43,452 nucleotides of DNA from Macrostomum lignano. Lineage: Eukaryota. This document shows, in pieces, positions 1-11,299 of this stretch. The DNA lies in contig NIVC01004520.1 in the NCBI GenBank assembly GCA_002269645.1, positions 1 through 43,452 on the forward strand, read 5' to 3'. A model generated the notes under the pieces. It saw nothing but the letters and a program-made list of their open reading frames with translations, had not been told where the DNA came from and searched no databases. The translations under genes were made by a program, and so were the position numbers. Every line of letters starts with the position of its first letter. Position 1 is the first letter of the stretch.

Positions 1-109
1 TTTGAAGAAAATCGACATGGTGTCATCGAGGTGCCCTCCGACTCTGGCTCTATTCGGGAATCTGTTAGCATTCTGGCTGTGCAGCTGGAGATGGACAGCC
101 ATCCTCGGG

Positions 110-646
110 CCAGAAGACCCGACTGCAATCTTCTATGTCACCCCGCAGTTGCTCGTAAGTTCGTGCAGAACCGAAAGTGCGACTCCTGCAGACAGCTACT
201 ACTTGAACAGGAAGAGGTGCCATCGTTGGATCTTGATTGGGTTCCGGCTGAGGCATCATCATTCTTTGATCAGATCAACGAGGAGGTCTGTGCCAGCCAA
301 CAGAACTAGCTTTCGCACTTTCAATGCATTCCTGCTCAAGGCATTCCTGACTGTGCAGCAGCAGCAGCAGCAGCAGCTGTTTATCCTCTTTATTGACACC
401 GTCAACGACGTCGTCAGCCCTCCCGCGGAGCTCTCTATGTACTATGCACTTGCTGGACTGCCCTGCTCTAGCCGGCGCCAGGCTCCGCTTCCTCGGAGGA
501 CACACCATTGAACTCAGCAGCATCTCTGCCGACCCCTCGGCCTGGTCGCGCTGGCCAAGCACTGCCTTTAGCTGTGCTTGGGCGCTTCCTACCACACACA
601 CACACACGCACACACACGCAGCAGCAGCAGCAGCAGCAGGTCTTCT
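110..646 (+). pseudogene. P-element/THAP9-like transposase C-terminal remnant, left part (frameshifted, interrupted by microsatellites)
   Basis: Joining frames gives EDPTAIFYV..AVARKFVQNRKCDSCRQLL..FFDQIN(R)GGLCQPTELAF. This resembles the YxxGYVARK..CxxC and NRGGLxxP motifs of invertebrate P-like transposases (recalled, not searched). Confidence 0.55.
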
Positions 647-1262
647 TCAGTGGACCGATGAAGACGCTAGGGGACACCTCACCGAACACTGGAGCGCGAC
701 TAACGGCCTCCACGTCTGTAACGGAACCAGCCACACCAGGAGCAGCCCGAGCAGCGGATCCCGGAGCTCACCCGATCTGACGCTGGCAAAGGGCTTCCTG
801 ACCGCGATCATCCCGGCGGTTTGGAGGACCGAAAAGGATATGAGCAGCGATCATCTCCCCATCACCTTCCGCTGGCAATGGCAAGGCGCGAACTCAAGCA
901 CGGTATCACTCGCTGGAGCTTCGCCAAGGCCGACTGGCCCGCCTTCAGACAACATCTAGCCGACATCCAAGGACCCCAAGACTGGGGTGACGTGGACCCT
1001 GAACACGCGGCCCTCTGCGCCGACATCATCGAGGCCTCCACTCAGGCGATCCCCAGAGGCAGCCCCAAAAACAACCGCTGCCCTTTCTGGACCCCAGACT
1101 GCGAAATCAGCCGACAAGCCTGCATCAGAGCAAGGGCGACGGCCGAGTCCGACCCGACCCCAGGAAACCTCGCGGCCTACAACGCAGCTCGACATGCCGC
1201 CAGCAATACCATCCGCAAAGAGCGCAGAGGCTTCCTGGAAGACCGCGCCAGCGAAATGACGG

Positions 1263-2840
1263 TTGACAGCAACCTCTTCCGGCTCCTGCGCGCAGCCAGA
1301 GGAGATACGCCAGTCCCGCGCGGCAAAGTCGACATCACCCGGAAGTCGGTCGACGGCGTCGAGCTCCGACCGGCGCGCACCGACAAAGAAAAGGCAGACA
1401 CTTTCTGCCAAATCTACGCCGCTGCCGCCAGGGTCCCCGCCGACAGGAGGACTACAAGATCCGCTACGAGGCAAGACGCGCCAGGAGACGACCAGTCCAT
1501 CCGCCGGTACCCTTCACTCTCCTGGAGCTCAGATCAGCTATCCGACAACTCAAATCCGGCAAAAGCGCCGGGGAAGACGGCGTTACCAACGAGATGCTCA
1601 AACGCCTCCCACCGGCCACCGACCAACGCCTCCTGGACCTCATCAACCGCACGTGGATACAACAGCGCTGCCCCAGAAGCTGGAGGTCGGCAATCATCAT
1701 CCCAATTGCCAAAAAAGGGAAGACGCCACCCTCCCAACATCCTACCGACCGGTGGCCCTTACGAGCTGCATCGCCAAATGTGCGGAGAGGATGGTGCTCC
1801 AAAGACTCAACCGCCAGCTCGAAACCAACGGCTCCCTGTCCCCGGCACAAGCCGGATTCCGCAGCGGCCGCAGCACCGAGGAGCAGCTCGCCAGGGTCTG
1901 TCAGGACATCTTCGACGGCCTGGAACGCTCTCCACCGCACAGGAGCATCCTCGCGTGCATGGACTTCAAAGGAGCCTACGAAACGGTCTGGAAGGAAGGC
2001 CTCGTTGTGAAGATGACTCGAGTAAAGATCGACCAGAACATCATCGGCTGGACGGAAGCCTTCCTTTCCGACCGACGCGCAAGAGTCCGCTTCGGGCGCA
2101 CCCTGAGCCGCCAGCGCGTCTTCCGAGAGGGACTTCCACAAGGCTCGGTCCTGGCGCCAACTCTCTGGAACATCTACGTGAATGACCTAGAGGAGGCAGT
2201 AGTCACGACAGCAGCGCCGGACTGCGGCATCAGCCTCTACGCCGATGATTCGGCTGTCCTCAGCACCCAGCCCTCACTGGCGAGCTGCGGAGCCAGGATA
2301 CAACCGGCACTCGACCCTATAGCCAACTGGACCAAAGAGTGGAAAATCACCCTGAGTACCAGTAAGTGCTCAACATTCACGCTCGCCAAGCACGCAGCCA
2401 ACGTCTGCCGCCGCATGAGCCGACGCCGACGCGCTCTCGCCGACCTCGCGAACCGCGCGGTAGGAGCCACCCAGGAGGTGCTCCGGACGGCCTACCAGGC
2501 AACCATCCGCGCCGTGGCCGAATACGGATGCGGAGTCTGGGGAGCCAGCGCGGCACCGAGTACCAAACTGCTTATCGAACAGCAACAGAACAGCTGCGCA
2601 AGAATCATCACCGGATGCATGCTCCCAACTCAAACCACGGAGCTGCTTCGGACGGCCAACCTCCCCCCCTTTGGCCACACCATCCTGGAACGCACCGCCT
2701 GCCTCCGAGAACGGGTGCTGCGCCTCCCGGAGGACGTCCCAGCACACCGGACTGCGGCCAGAGACACCACCAGCAGACTACGAAACCGCGCCTACGAGAG
2801 CGCCCGCCGACAAGAAGAGGCAAATTTTAACGCGCTATAA
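1263..2840 (+). pseudogene. LINE reverse transcriptase domain (frameshifted upstream, apparent internal deletion after the YADD region)
   Basis: ORF 1263..2840 contains YRPVALTSCIAKCAERMV, DFKGAYETVW, PQGSVLAPTLWNIYVND and LYADD. The usual LGVxxD segment is missing around 2380-2400. Confidence 0.9.
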
Positions 2841-3855
2841 CGACTACAAGCGCCCTTTCCGCGGCTGCTGGCGGCGAATCGCGAGAGAAATCACCGATCC
2901 CTGCGGCCTCGAAGACCGGCCCAGAGAGCCGTTCCCGCCACCGCCGCCCGACCTGGCACACCTCGCGCTCAACCGGTACAGCCAGACTTTCGACCTCACC
3001 CTCGCCGACGGCTGCGGCAGAGCAGTCCCGACGAGCGTCCGCCGCGACAGGGCGATGTCAGCTCTCGAGCAGCTGACACCCTGTGACATCGACGCGTGGA
3101 CGGACGGCAGCGTCAAGGAGGGCATCCACGACGCATGGGGTGCCGCGGTGGTCTGCACCCGCCTCTGGTGCCAAAAGATCACCGCCCCGGCCGGCCGGAT
3201 CGCATGCAGCTTCCAGGCGGAGATGGTCGCGATCAGCGCCGCCCTCGACTACATTACTCAACTCCCGCCAGAGCACGGCCTTACAGTGCGGATCCTCAGC
3301 GACTCCAAATCAGCACTCACGGCCCTCCAGAGCGGCCCCAGTAGGCAGGACACCGCCGCCGGAAGCCGCTGCTGGGAGGCACTGGCCCACATGTCGCGCC
3401 CGTGCGACTTCGTCTGGGTCCCGGCCCACTGCGACGTCCCGGGCAACGAGCAAGCAGACCGCTGCGCCAACGAAGCTAGACGCGGCCAACAGCAGGACGA
3501 ACCCATTACGCTGCAGGCCGCCAAGGCCGCCATCCGACGCGCGCGGTCCGCCCGCGACCAGGAACTGCTTGGACGCCCCTGGCAACGACCACCACGACAC
3601 CTGACCAGGAAAGAAACGGTGGCGATTAACCAACTCAGAGCCGGGTGCTCCACCCTGGCCGGGGCCACACGCCACCGGGTCGGCCTGACTGAGAACGCCA
3701 GCTGTCCTGACTGCGGGGCGCCCGACACGGAGGAGCATATCATCCTTGAATGCCCACGCGGCGACGCCCTTCGGGAGAGCACTGAGGACGAGAGGGACAT
3801 CCGCGACGACCCGGAGCGCCTTCTCGCCCTCCTTCGCAGGTTGGGGCGCCTCTGA
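2671..3855 (+). pseudogene. LINE RNase H domain and C-terminal Cys/His motif
   Basis: RNase H D-E-D-D motifs (DAWTDGS, QAEMVA, LSDSKS, NEQADR) followed by CPDCGAPDTEEHIILEC. Confidence 0.9.
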
Positions 3856-3929
3856 GCGCCCTCCCCCCAGCTGCCAGCGGCAGCGTTGTGGGGCGGTGGA
3901 AGAAAAGAAGAAGAAGAAGCAGGTCTTCT

Positions 3930-4144
3930 GTGGCCTCGTGAATGAGATGGCCGTCGATGAGTTCTTTCTGGAGTCCTTTATGCAGCTGGTGATTTGCACG
4001 CACGGCCACGCTGTGAAGATGGGCTTGGCAAAGGCTTTCTGCAACTGCATCATGAAAAACCTGGCCAAGCAGCTCTCCAATCGTGAAAGCGGGAGGAAGC
4101 CAAAGATCTCTAAGCTGTCCGGCCTCTCTTCTACGGATAGATGA
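3930..4144 (+). pseudogene. P-element/THAP9-like transposase C-terminus, right part
   Basis: With the LINE removed, QQQVF continues as CGLVNEMAVDEFFLESFMQLVICTHGHAVKMGLAKAFCNCIMKNLAKQLSNRESGRKPKISKLS. The CxxGH, NCxxKN and terminal K-x-x-KLS motifs fit P-like transposases. Confidence 0.55.
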
Positions 4145-5703
4145 ACCATTTTTAAAGCTACAAATGTTTCAAGTTGATGAATATATCTAGAACTACATTT
4201 TGACTTAGTTTACGCATGAGTTCTGTAATTATTCTTAAAGAAGTGTGCTCGAAGCCTGACCCTAATTCAATATTTTCTTCACTGTTGCCACATAATCTCA
4301 TTATAAAGAACAAACTCTTTTAATTAGTAGCAGCAATGTCTCCGAACGAATCGCTTTTGTATGCCGTTGGTGCTTAAGACTCTCGAAAGAAATCTCCTGA
4401 GAGATAAAATTTCCCTTGATACTCACGCAGTAGCTGGGAATGGTTGCCACACTAGGGTACGTGTGTGTTGGGAGCTTCCCGTCCAGTGATGCTTTTTTAA
4501 GGAGTCCCTGGCATTCACTTTGGGAAGTGGAGGGAAAGTTGAAGCACCAGCGGCGGCAGCAGCAGAAGCAATTTTTTTATGCATGCATTGACTGATGCTG
4601 CAGCTGTACAGAAATAAAATTTCTGAAATGAAGCAGCGAGAAATAAAATTTGTAGCAAGCTACTTCAGAAGTCAGAAACAAGCAAAAGCAGGAGCGCATC
4701 TTAGGAGACTGGTAGCGATGGTTTTCCGATTTTTTTAACTAGAGGGCAGAAACACTGCTACTCCAATTTTTTGTCCTGTCACTCAGCGCAGCGCACAATG
4801 AGGAAAGAAAGCAAGTGGCTTCAACGGCAGCCATCCGCAATGCCTTAATTCGTTCAATACTGCAGCTGAAGTATCCACCGCTGCACAAGTTTGGAAGTGG
4901 ACGCTTTTGTGAAGCTGTTTTGGAATGAGCGATGTCGATTGTGATGCTGCTAATTTCAAGGTTTTTAGAGCTGCTGCTACTACTGTTATCGATTTTTCTC
5001 TTCTGTTGATGTGTGAGTTCTTACAGTGGCGATTTCAGCCAGTTCGGAATGCTGTTGCTTATGAACGGAAACGCCAATCAAAATAAGAATTGCAGGAAAC
5101 AAAACTTATGAATTTTGCCTATCAGCATGTGCAGTTGCTAGGGAACAGGAGCAGACAGTTTTGCACAGTATTGGATTAATATTTGACATTTTTTAGGACA
5201 CCCAGTATATATACTCGTAGATCAGTCCGGGTCCCTACAGCAACAACAGAAAAACACACTCTTAGTAAGTCAGTGGAGGCGACAGCGAGCGGACAAAGTC
5301 CGGCCAGTTGACAGTGTCGGACGCAACCGCGTTGCTCAGGCAAGGACTACTAAACTATAGACTATATAACAAAGTATTCCTAGTGGTCCTTGTGCTCAGG
5401 ATGCAGTCTACCCATCACCGTGTCCTCGCTGGACCCAGGGTGGTTATTTGTCTCAAAAATGAGTACTTCGGAGTATTTTTAAATCCAGTTCGCGCACTAA
5501 CCAGAATACGAGCTAGGAATGAAAAACTCTCAGGATAATAACGTCAAGTTTGGAGATAATTGGACAGCAATTACGGATGAAGCTGGAACCAAACTGCTGC
5601 ACGCAACTCTAAAACTTTCAGACCATTTGGGAGGCAAGCAGCGGAAGTTCAATGGGGATAAAAGCTGTAAAAACATTCACAAAATGGCAGCATCGCTTCT
5701 GTC

Positions 5704-6233
5704 ATGCTTCTGAAAATGCTTTGGCTGCTGCTGATCCTGCTGTGGCCGACTTTCGTGACGGCCTCTGACGAGCCGAACGTGGAGTGCCCGGAGCTGCACC
5801 CCAGCACCTTCTGCTCAGACGACGACATCCCGAGAAACTTCGAGTACAGCGACGGCTGCAGCCGCTACCGCTGCAACTTCATGTCCTACTCGACTCTGCA
5901 GAGCCGCGACTGTCCGCGAGCCGAGTCGCTCGCCGACCAGCGTCGGTGCCGCGATGTCGCCAGAGCGATTTTCAGTCGTCTCGAGCCGCGCACCTGCCCG
6001 AACGCGGCGCCCGCGACTGTCTGCGCCAGCGTGAGGGGCGTCAGAGGAGGAAACGGCAGCGGCTTTCGCTTCACCGACGGTTGCAACCGCTTCACCTGCG
6101 CACCCGACGGCTCCGTGGCGGGCAGCACCCGACTGTCTTGTCCTACTGGAGACGCTCGCAGGGCCTACTGCAGCTTTGTAGCCAACTTCCAGATTGAGGC
6201 AGTGATGAATAGCGCTGATGAGAGCGAAGACGG
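5704..6233 (+). CDS. Exon 1 of secreted multi-module Cys-rich protein (signal peptide + module 1, pacifastin-like units)
   Basis: ATG at 5704; hydrophobic leader MLLKMLWLLLILLWPTFVTA; 12-Cys module; phase-2 donor GG|GTAAGC at 6234. Confidence 0.85.
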
Positions 6234-6406
6234 GTAAGCAGTCGGACACAAACATGATAGATACAAACAGTTTAAAAGCTTTCTTGAGTCAATGGTTGGC
6301 CTTTGTTATCTCACAAACTTGACGCAAAAAGCACAATGAGAATGTTCACTTTTGCAGCTTCATTTTAAAATTCATCAAATGACATTCTCATTACGTTGTT
6401 CGCCAG

Positions 6407-6883
6407 TCAACTGGCGTTAGTCGCTCCTAACGTGGAGTGCCCGGAGCTGCACCCGAGCACCTTCTGCTCAGACGACGACATCCCGAGAGACTTCGAGTAC
6501 AGCGACGGCTGCAGCCGCTACCGCTGCAACTTCATGTCCTACTCGACCCTGCAGAGCCGCGACTGTCCGCGAGCCGAGTCGCTCGCCGACCAGCGTCGGT
6601 GCCGCGATGTCGCCAGAGCGATTTTCAGTCGCCTTGAGCCGCGCACCTGCCCGAACGCGGCGCCCGCAACCGTCTGCGCCAGCGTGAAGGGCGTCGGAAG
6701 CGACCAAGACGGATTCCGCTTCACCGACGGTTGCAACCGCTTCGCCTGCGCACCTGACGGCTCCGTGGCGGGCAGCACGTGGCGGAGCTGCATCGCAGGC
6801 AACGCTCGCAGGGCCTACTGCAGCTTCATCGTTGAAGTACAGATTGATGCTGCTGGCGAAAGTTTAAACCGGAGTAGCGTTGA
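6407..6883 (+). CDS. Exon 2 (module 2) of the secreted Cys-rich protein
   Basis: Acceptor ttgttcgccAG at 6405-6406 gives an in-frame phase-2 join (G-QLALVAPNVEC); phase-2 donor GA|GTAAGC at 6884. Confidence 0.85.
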
Positions 6884-7689
6884 GTAAGCCCGGGGTTGCT
6901 GCGGTTTGCAAAAAAAGTGTACGCAAAAAGTCGCATGTCTTGTTTGAAAGAGCATGTTTTGAGCATCCATCCACCGAAAGATGTATTGGCAGAGATGAGC
7001 AATTTTTGGTTGCTACGAAAATAACAATTCAAGGATCGAACCCATCTGATAAGTCGTAGGAAATCCATTATCAGTAAGATCGTTACTCTGTCGAGAGGCA
7101 ACAGTAAAGGAGAAAATATTTCAGAGGTTTAAAACCGTTGCGATGTGAGTGGCGGTCCAGAACCAAACACTTGGACTGGGCGTCGGGGAGCTCCCAGCCA
7201 CACCACTGTCATTGCTAGCGGGTCGCAAAGACGACGGACTTGCATGAGGATGTCCGCATTCCCGCTACTTTCTCAATGAGCACAATGCCAAATCAAACTC
7301 TCAGGCTTGCTGAAATACGAGTAATCGGCCTGGACGATGTCATCCACTCCGACTGTTCTTTTAATGTTTTGAAGACTCTCAAGGATGTGCGAGCGTATTG
7401 TAGCCTTAGGTTGCTGGGCGGCTTCTCGATTGGTGAGCTGCCATTAGAACGAACGAATTCTGGCCTAGAAATAAATGACAGCCAGCTTCGCAAAGTTACT
7501 TGTGCCTTTGTCGATAGACAATTTACTCCTACGTAATTTTACGTGAAGTTGAGTATCTCAAATAATATAGATAGAACATGATTAAGATATATTTTTCTAA
7601 CCTTTCTGCAAACCGGAATCCTAGATTATAGGGTTACATCGTATATGGAAAAGTGAAATGCATTGACAAGAACTTTTTTGCCTTTCAAG

Positions 7690-8160
7690 AGAATTTTCGA
7701 CGGCAAACGTGGAGTGCCCGGAGCTGCACCCCAGCACCTTCTGCTCAGACGACGACATCCCGAGAAACTTCGAGTACAGCGACGGCTGCAGCCGCTACCG
7801 TTGCAACTTCATGTCCTACTCGACCCTGCAGAGCCGCGACTGTCCGCGAGCCGAGTCGCTCGCCGACCAGCGTCGTTGCCGCGATGTCGCCCGAGCGATT
7901 TTCAACCGTCTCGAGCCGCGCACCTGCCCGAACGCGGCGCCCGCAACCGTCTGCGCCAGCGTGAGGGGCGTCGGAAGCGACCAAGACGGATTCCGCTTCA
8001 CCGACGGTTGCAACCGCTTCGCCTGCGCACCTGACGGCTCCGTGGCGGGCAGCACGTGGCGGAGCTGCATCGCAGGCAACGCTCGCAGGGCCTACTGCAG
8101 CTTCATCGTTGAAGCACAGATTGATGCTTCTGGTGAAAGTTTAAACCGGAGCAGCGTTGA
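7690..8160 (+). CDS. Exon 3 (module 3) of the secreted Cys-rich protein
   Basis: Acceptor tttttgcctttcaAG at 7688-7689 is in frame (E-EFSTANVEC); phase-2 donor GA|GTAAGC at 8161. Confidence 0.85.
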
Positions 8161-8771
8161 GTAAGCCAGGGGTTGCAGTTAATTACGTCGAAGTATGTTC
8201 TGTTGATGCTCGCGAGAAACGGCATGATGTGTTTGATAGCGAGCGTTTTTGCAATCCGTTGGAACATTCGCAAATTTCTGCAAAGTAAATGGAGTTTATA
8301 ATCAGTAAAACAGAAATAAGCCTTCTCGATTTTTCTGGCATCCTAATATGACGATAGTTTAATTCAGATTATTTACTCAACCGACTTACATCATGCAAAA
8401 TCTGTACTGAGTTGTTTATTAATGAAGGAAGTGCATTACGAAAACTTCTGGGTCCTTCAAAAATGAACATTCGTCCTTCTTTTAGTGGCTTGCGATTAGC
8501 TCGTAAAATAAAAAGTTATTTCGGGATCGGGTTTAACTCGAACCCCGAAAAAACGGCAATCTTAAACACCACAAGGACCCTCCCGGGCTACGCCGGTCTG
8601 TCGGGGTTTCAGTGAGGTCATTGAACATTGAACTCAGAAATATTGTAAACTACCAACCTAGAGCACTTGCAAAGCGATTGACTTGAGCTTTCTATTACAC
8701 TCCAAATTTTACTAGGGCGCACTGATTAGGTGGCGCATTTCAATATTTTCCCAATCATGTTATACTTATAG

Positions 8772-9224
8772 AGACTTTTTGACGGCAAACGTGGAGTGCC
8801 CGGAGCTGCACCCGAGCACCTTCTGCTCAGACGACGACATCCCGAGAAACTTCGAGTACAGCGACGGCTGCAGCCGCTACCGCTGCAACTTCATGTCCTA
8901 CTCGACTCTGCAGAGCCGCGACTGTCCGCGAGCCGAGTCGCTCGCCGACCAGCGTCGTTGCCGCGATGTCGCCAGAGCGATTTTCAGTCGCCTTGAGCCG
9001 CGCACCTGCCCGAACGCGGCGCCCGCGACTGTCTGCGCCAGCGTGAAGGGCGTCGGAAGCGACCAAGACGGATTCCGCTTCACCGACGGTTGCAACCGCT
9101 TCGCCTGCGCACCTGACGGCTCCGTGGCGGGCAGCACCTGGCGGAGCTGCATCGCAGGCAACGCTCGCAGGGCCTACTGCAGCTTCATCGAACGAGACCA
9201 GCAAGTTGACGGCATGGAAGTTGG
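8772..9224 (+). CDS. Exon 4 (module 4) of the secreted Cys-rich protein; ends at TGA 9226-9228 or splices on
   Basis: Acceptor tatacttatAG at 8770-8771 is in frame (E-DFLTANVEC); potential phase-2 donor GG|GTGAGA at 9225. Confidence 0.82.
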
Positions 9225-9984
9225 GTGAGAGTCGATAATAGATACGAGAATCTAGAGAGCAGACTATTCATAAGTGACACGGCGTAAAAGACGTAATACT
9301 CGTATGCACGACTCCCGGTGGTCGGTAATTTTGAAGTTCATTGAAAATCTTGGCCTGTTTTGTTCAGAATTTGTTTCGGCCATTTGTCATGAAGTTAAGT
9401 AAGAGTAGTAATATTCAATACATTTACACTACGGTCTACAGCTACATAAGTTTCAAATGGAGATTGCAAGCCTTGATTTTCGTAGAGTAGCACAGTTAAT
9501 GCCTGGATTCTTCCAGCAAGGATGACTTGCAGCAAGAAGATGCACATAAACGAGCTGTTTTTGGTAATTTCGTTTCTGGATTAGAATTTCTAGAACAGGA
9601 TCCCAATCTTGAAATCCCGAGATCTAATCTTGAAAATTAGTGGTTAATGCGAATCGACCTTTACTGGTTACGAGCTTCCATTTGGGACAGACTGGTTGAT
9701 AACTCGTTTGCATTGTAAAGTTCGTCCCTATAAAATACAGTGTAGTCAATGGCCCATTTGAACTGCGGATCACCTTCCCCAACTTTAATTAACCATTACA
9801 CAGGCCGCTATTCCGACGCCGCCGCAGGACTTCAGAGAAGCTGCACTGAGAGATGAAGCTGAACAAATCTAAATGCGAGATGCATCATTGGAATGAACTA
9901 TTTGCACGCAATATGAGTTGTCTAAACACCCAAAAAACTTAGATTACTAACACTGTTACCTGACCTCCTAAGACACGGAATGTG

Positions 9985-10490
9985 TATACTCAGCAACAGT
10001 CGAAGGTTTCACCCTCCAAGCGAGATGAAAATCTTCTCACAAACTGCGACAACTTCTCACTTACAGTTCAACCCTCAAGCTACGCAGTTTATTTTTAATG
10101 CAACATTCAGTTAGAACACCGATGCTTAATAACTCGCATGGGATTGTGCGGCCACTCTGCGGGGCATCACCAGGATGAGGCGGCGCAGACAGTCCTGCAA
10201 ACAGCAGCCAAGCTTTTCAATGGCAGACGCACCTCCTGCGTTTTAGGAAGTCCCAGACATGCTCGATGGGATTCATGTCTGGTGATCGGGGGAGGCCAGC
10301 GCAGAGTGCGCAGCTGTAGCTGTTCTTTCGGTTGACTAACAGCATCGGCTCGGTGTGGCGGTGCGTTGTCATCCTGGACAACCCCTCAGTGGCAATGAGC
10401 TTCGCGTGTGCCTTACGTTGCGTCACTCGCAATAAGTGAGAAAAATTCATCTCGCTTGGGAGGGTGGAACTTTTGACTGTTGCTGAGTAT
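9985..10490 (-). mobile_element. Non-autonomous Tc1-like element (internal deletion derivative)
   Basis: Imperfect inverted repeats of about 45 bp, TATACTCAGCAACAGTC..GCGAGATGAA, at 9985-10028 and 10445-10490 with TA ends. The minus strand keeps QDDNAPPHRA..W(P)PRSPDMNPIEHVWDFLKRR, the C-terminal part of a Tc1 DDE domain, with a +1 frameshift. Confidence 0.88.
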
Positions 10491-10916
10491 ACACTGCCTG
10501 GCAATGAGAAAGTCAAGGCCGATGTGCACCCTGTGTGAGCGCATCTGTCGTGTATGCGCTTCGGTCAGCTGTATGAGTACAGCTGCTTGCTTTGATCAAT
10601 AAAGAAACTGGAACACTGACTCTCCAAATAAATTTAAATAAAAAAAATTATACACACAGCATCACACAGTGATTTAGTAAAAAAGAGAACCTATGTAAGA
10701 CCTATAATATTGTATTTCTTACTTTGTTCAATCGAGCAACACGCAGTTCTCGCTGCAATAAAACAGCCAATATGTTAATTATTAAAAAACTATCTAGAAA
10801 ATTGAACAGCCATGTTGTCAATGCTGCTACTGCCTTTGGCTTTGAGTAGTAGTACAGGACGGGCCCAGCCCGACCCATTCTGGCAGCATCTGACACTCCG
10901 CCTCCCAACAGCTGCG

Positions 10917-11195
10917 TCAGGCCTCCCCAGTCATGATCGCCATGAACTCCTCCAGCGAGATGGCAGAATCGCCGTCCTTGTCGAACTCCTCGATCATGGC
11001 GCGCAGCTCCTGGTCAGACATGTTCTCGCCGAGCTCCTTGGCCACCTTCTTCAGGTTGCGGAAGGTGATCTTCCCGGAGTCATCGTCGTCAAACAGCTTG
11101 AAGGCGCGCACGATTTCATCGGTGGGGTCGCGATCGAGCAGCATGTCGGTGACGATCTCGGTGAAGTCCGCCTGGGACAGCTTGCCGGAGTCGTC
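10917..11195 (-). CDS. CETN3: Centrin-3, last coding exon (EF-hands 2-4)
   Basis: DDSGKLSQADF..DRDPTDEIVRAFKLFDDDDSGKITFRNLKKVAKELGENMSDQELRAMIEEFDKDGD..FMAIMTGEA*, matching centrin-3 rather than centrin-1/2; acceptor ccccaccccgcAG at 11197-11196. Confidence 0.93.
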   Translation of the reverse strand, partial: DDSGKLSQADFTEIVTDMLLDRDPTDEIVRAFKLFDDDDSGKITFRNLKKVAKELGENMSDQELRAMIEEFDKDGDSAISLEEFMAIMTGEA

Positions 11196-11299
11196 CTGCG
11201 GGGTGGGGCGGCCAGGGACCACTAGGAATAAGAGGACTCGGATCGAGGCAAAATATGAAGACCTAACTCATTCCATGCAACCTCATCCCAAATGCCCCC

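Larger units (their letters stand above)
647..3919 (+). mobile_element. 5'-truncated non-LTR retrotransposon, I-group/Ingi-like (APE-RT-RNase H-Cys/His tail), degenerate
   Basis: APE C-terminal motifs SPDLTLA and SSDHLPI; RT motifs YRPVALTS, QAGFR, GLPQGSVLAP, YADD; RNase H motifs WTDGS, AEMVAI, SDSKSAL, WVPAHCDVPGNEQAD; terminal CPDC..EH..C; (AAG)n tail at about 3905-3919. Target-site duplication (AG)CAGGTCTTCT at 635-646 and 3918-3929. Confidence 0.92.

Noticed and set aside
340-646. Poly-Gln protein
   Set aside because: (CAG)n and (CA)n tracts within a frameshifted transposase remnant; no intact gene.
647-900. 2A-like peptide or HDV-like ribozyme at the 5' end of the Ingi-like element
   Set aside because: The element is truncated within the endonuclease domain; no NPGP motif is present.
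1740-2260. Retron, group II intron or DGR reverse transcriptase
   Set aside because: All RTs here lie in standard LINE (APE/RNase H, tail, TSD) or Gypsy (gag, integrase, LTR) contexts.
956-3800. Numerous long antisense and alternate-frame ORFs over the LINE and Gypsy coding regions
   Set aside because: Expected shadow ORFs of GC-rich coding DNA; no independent motifs.
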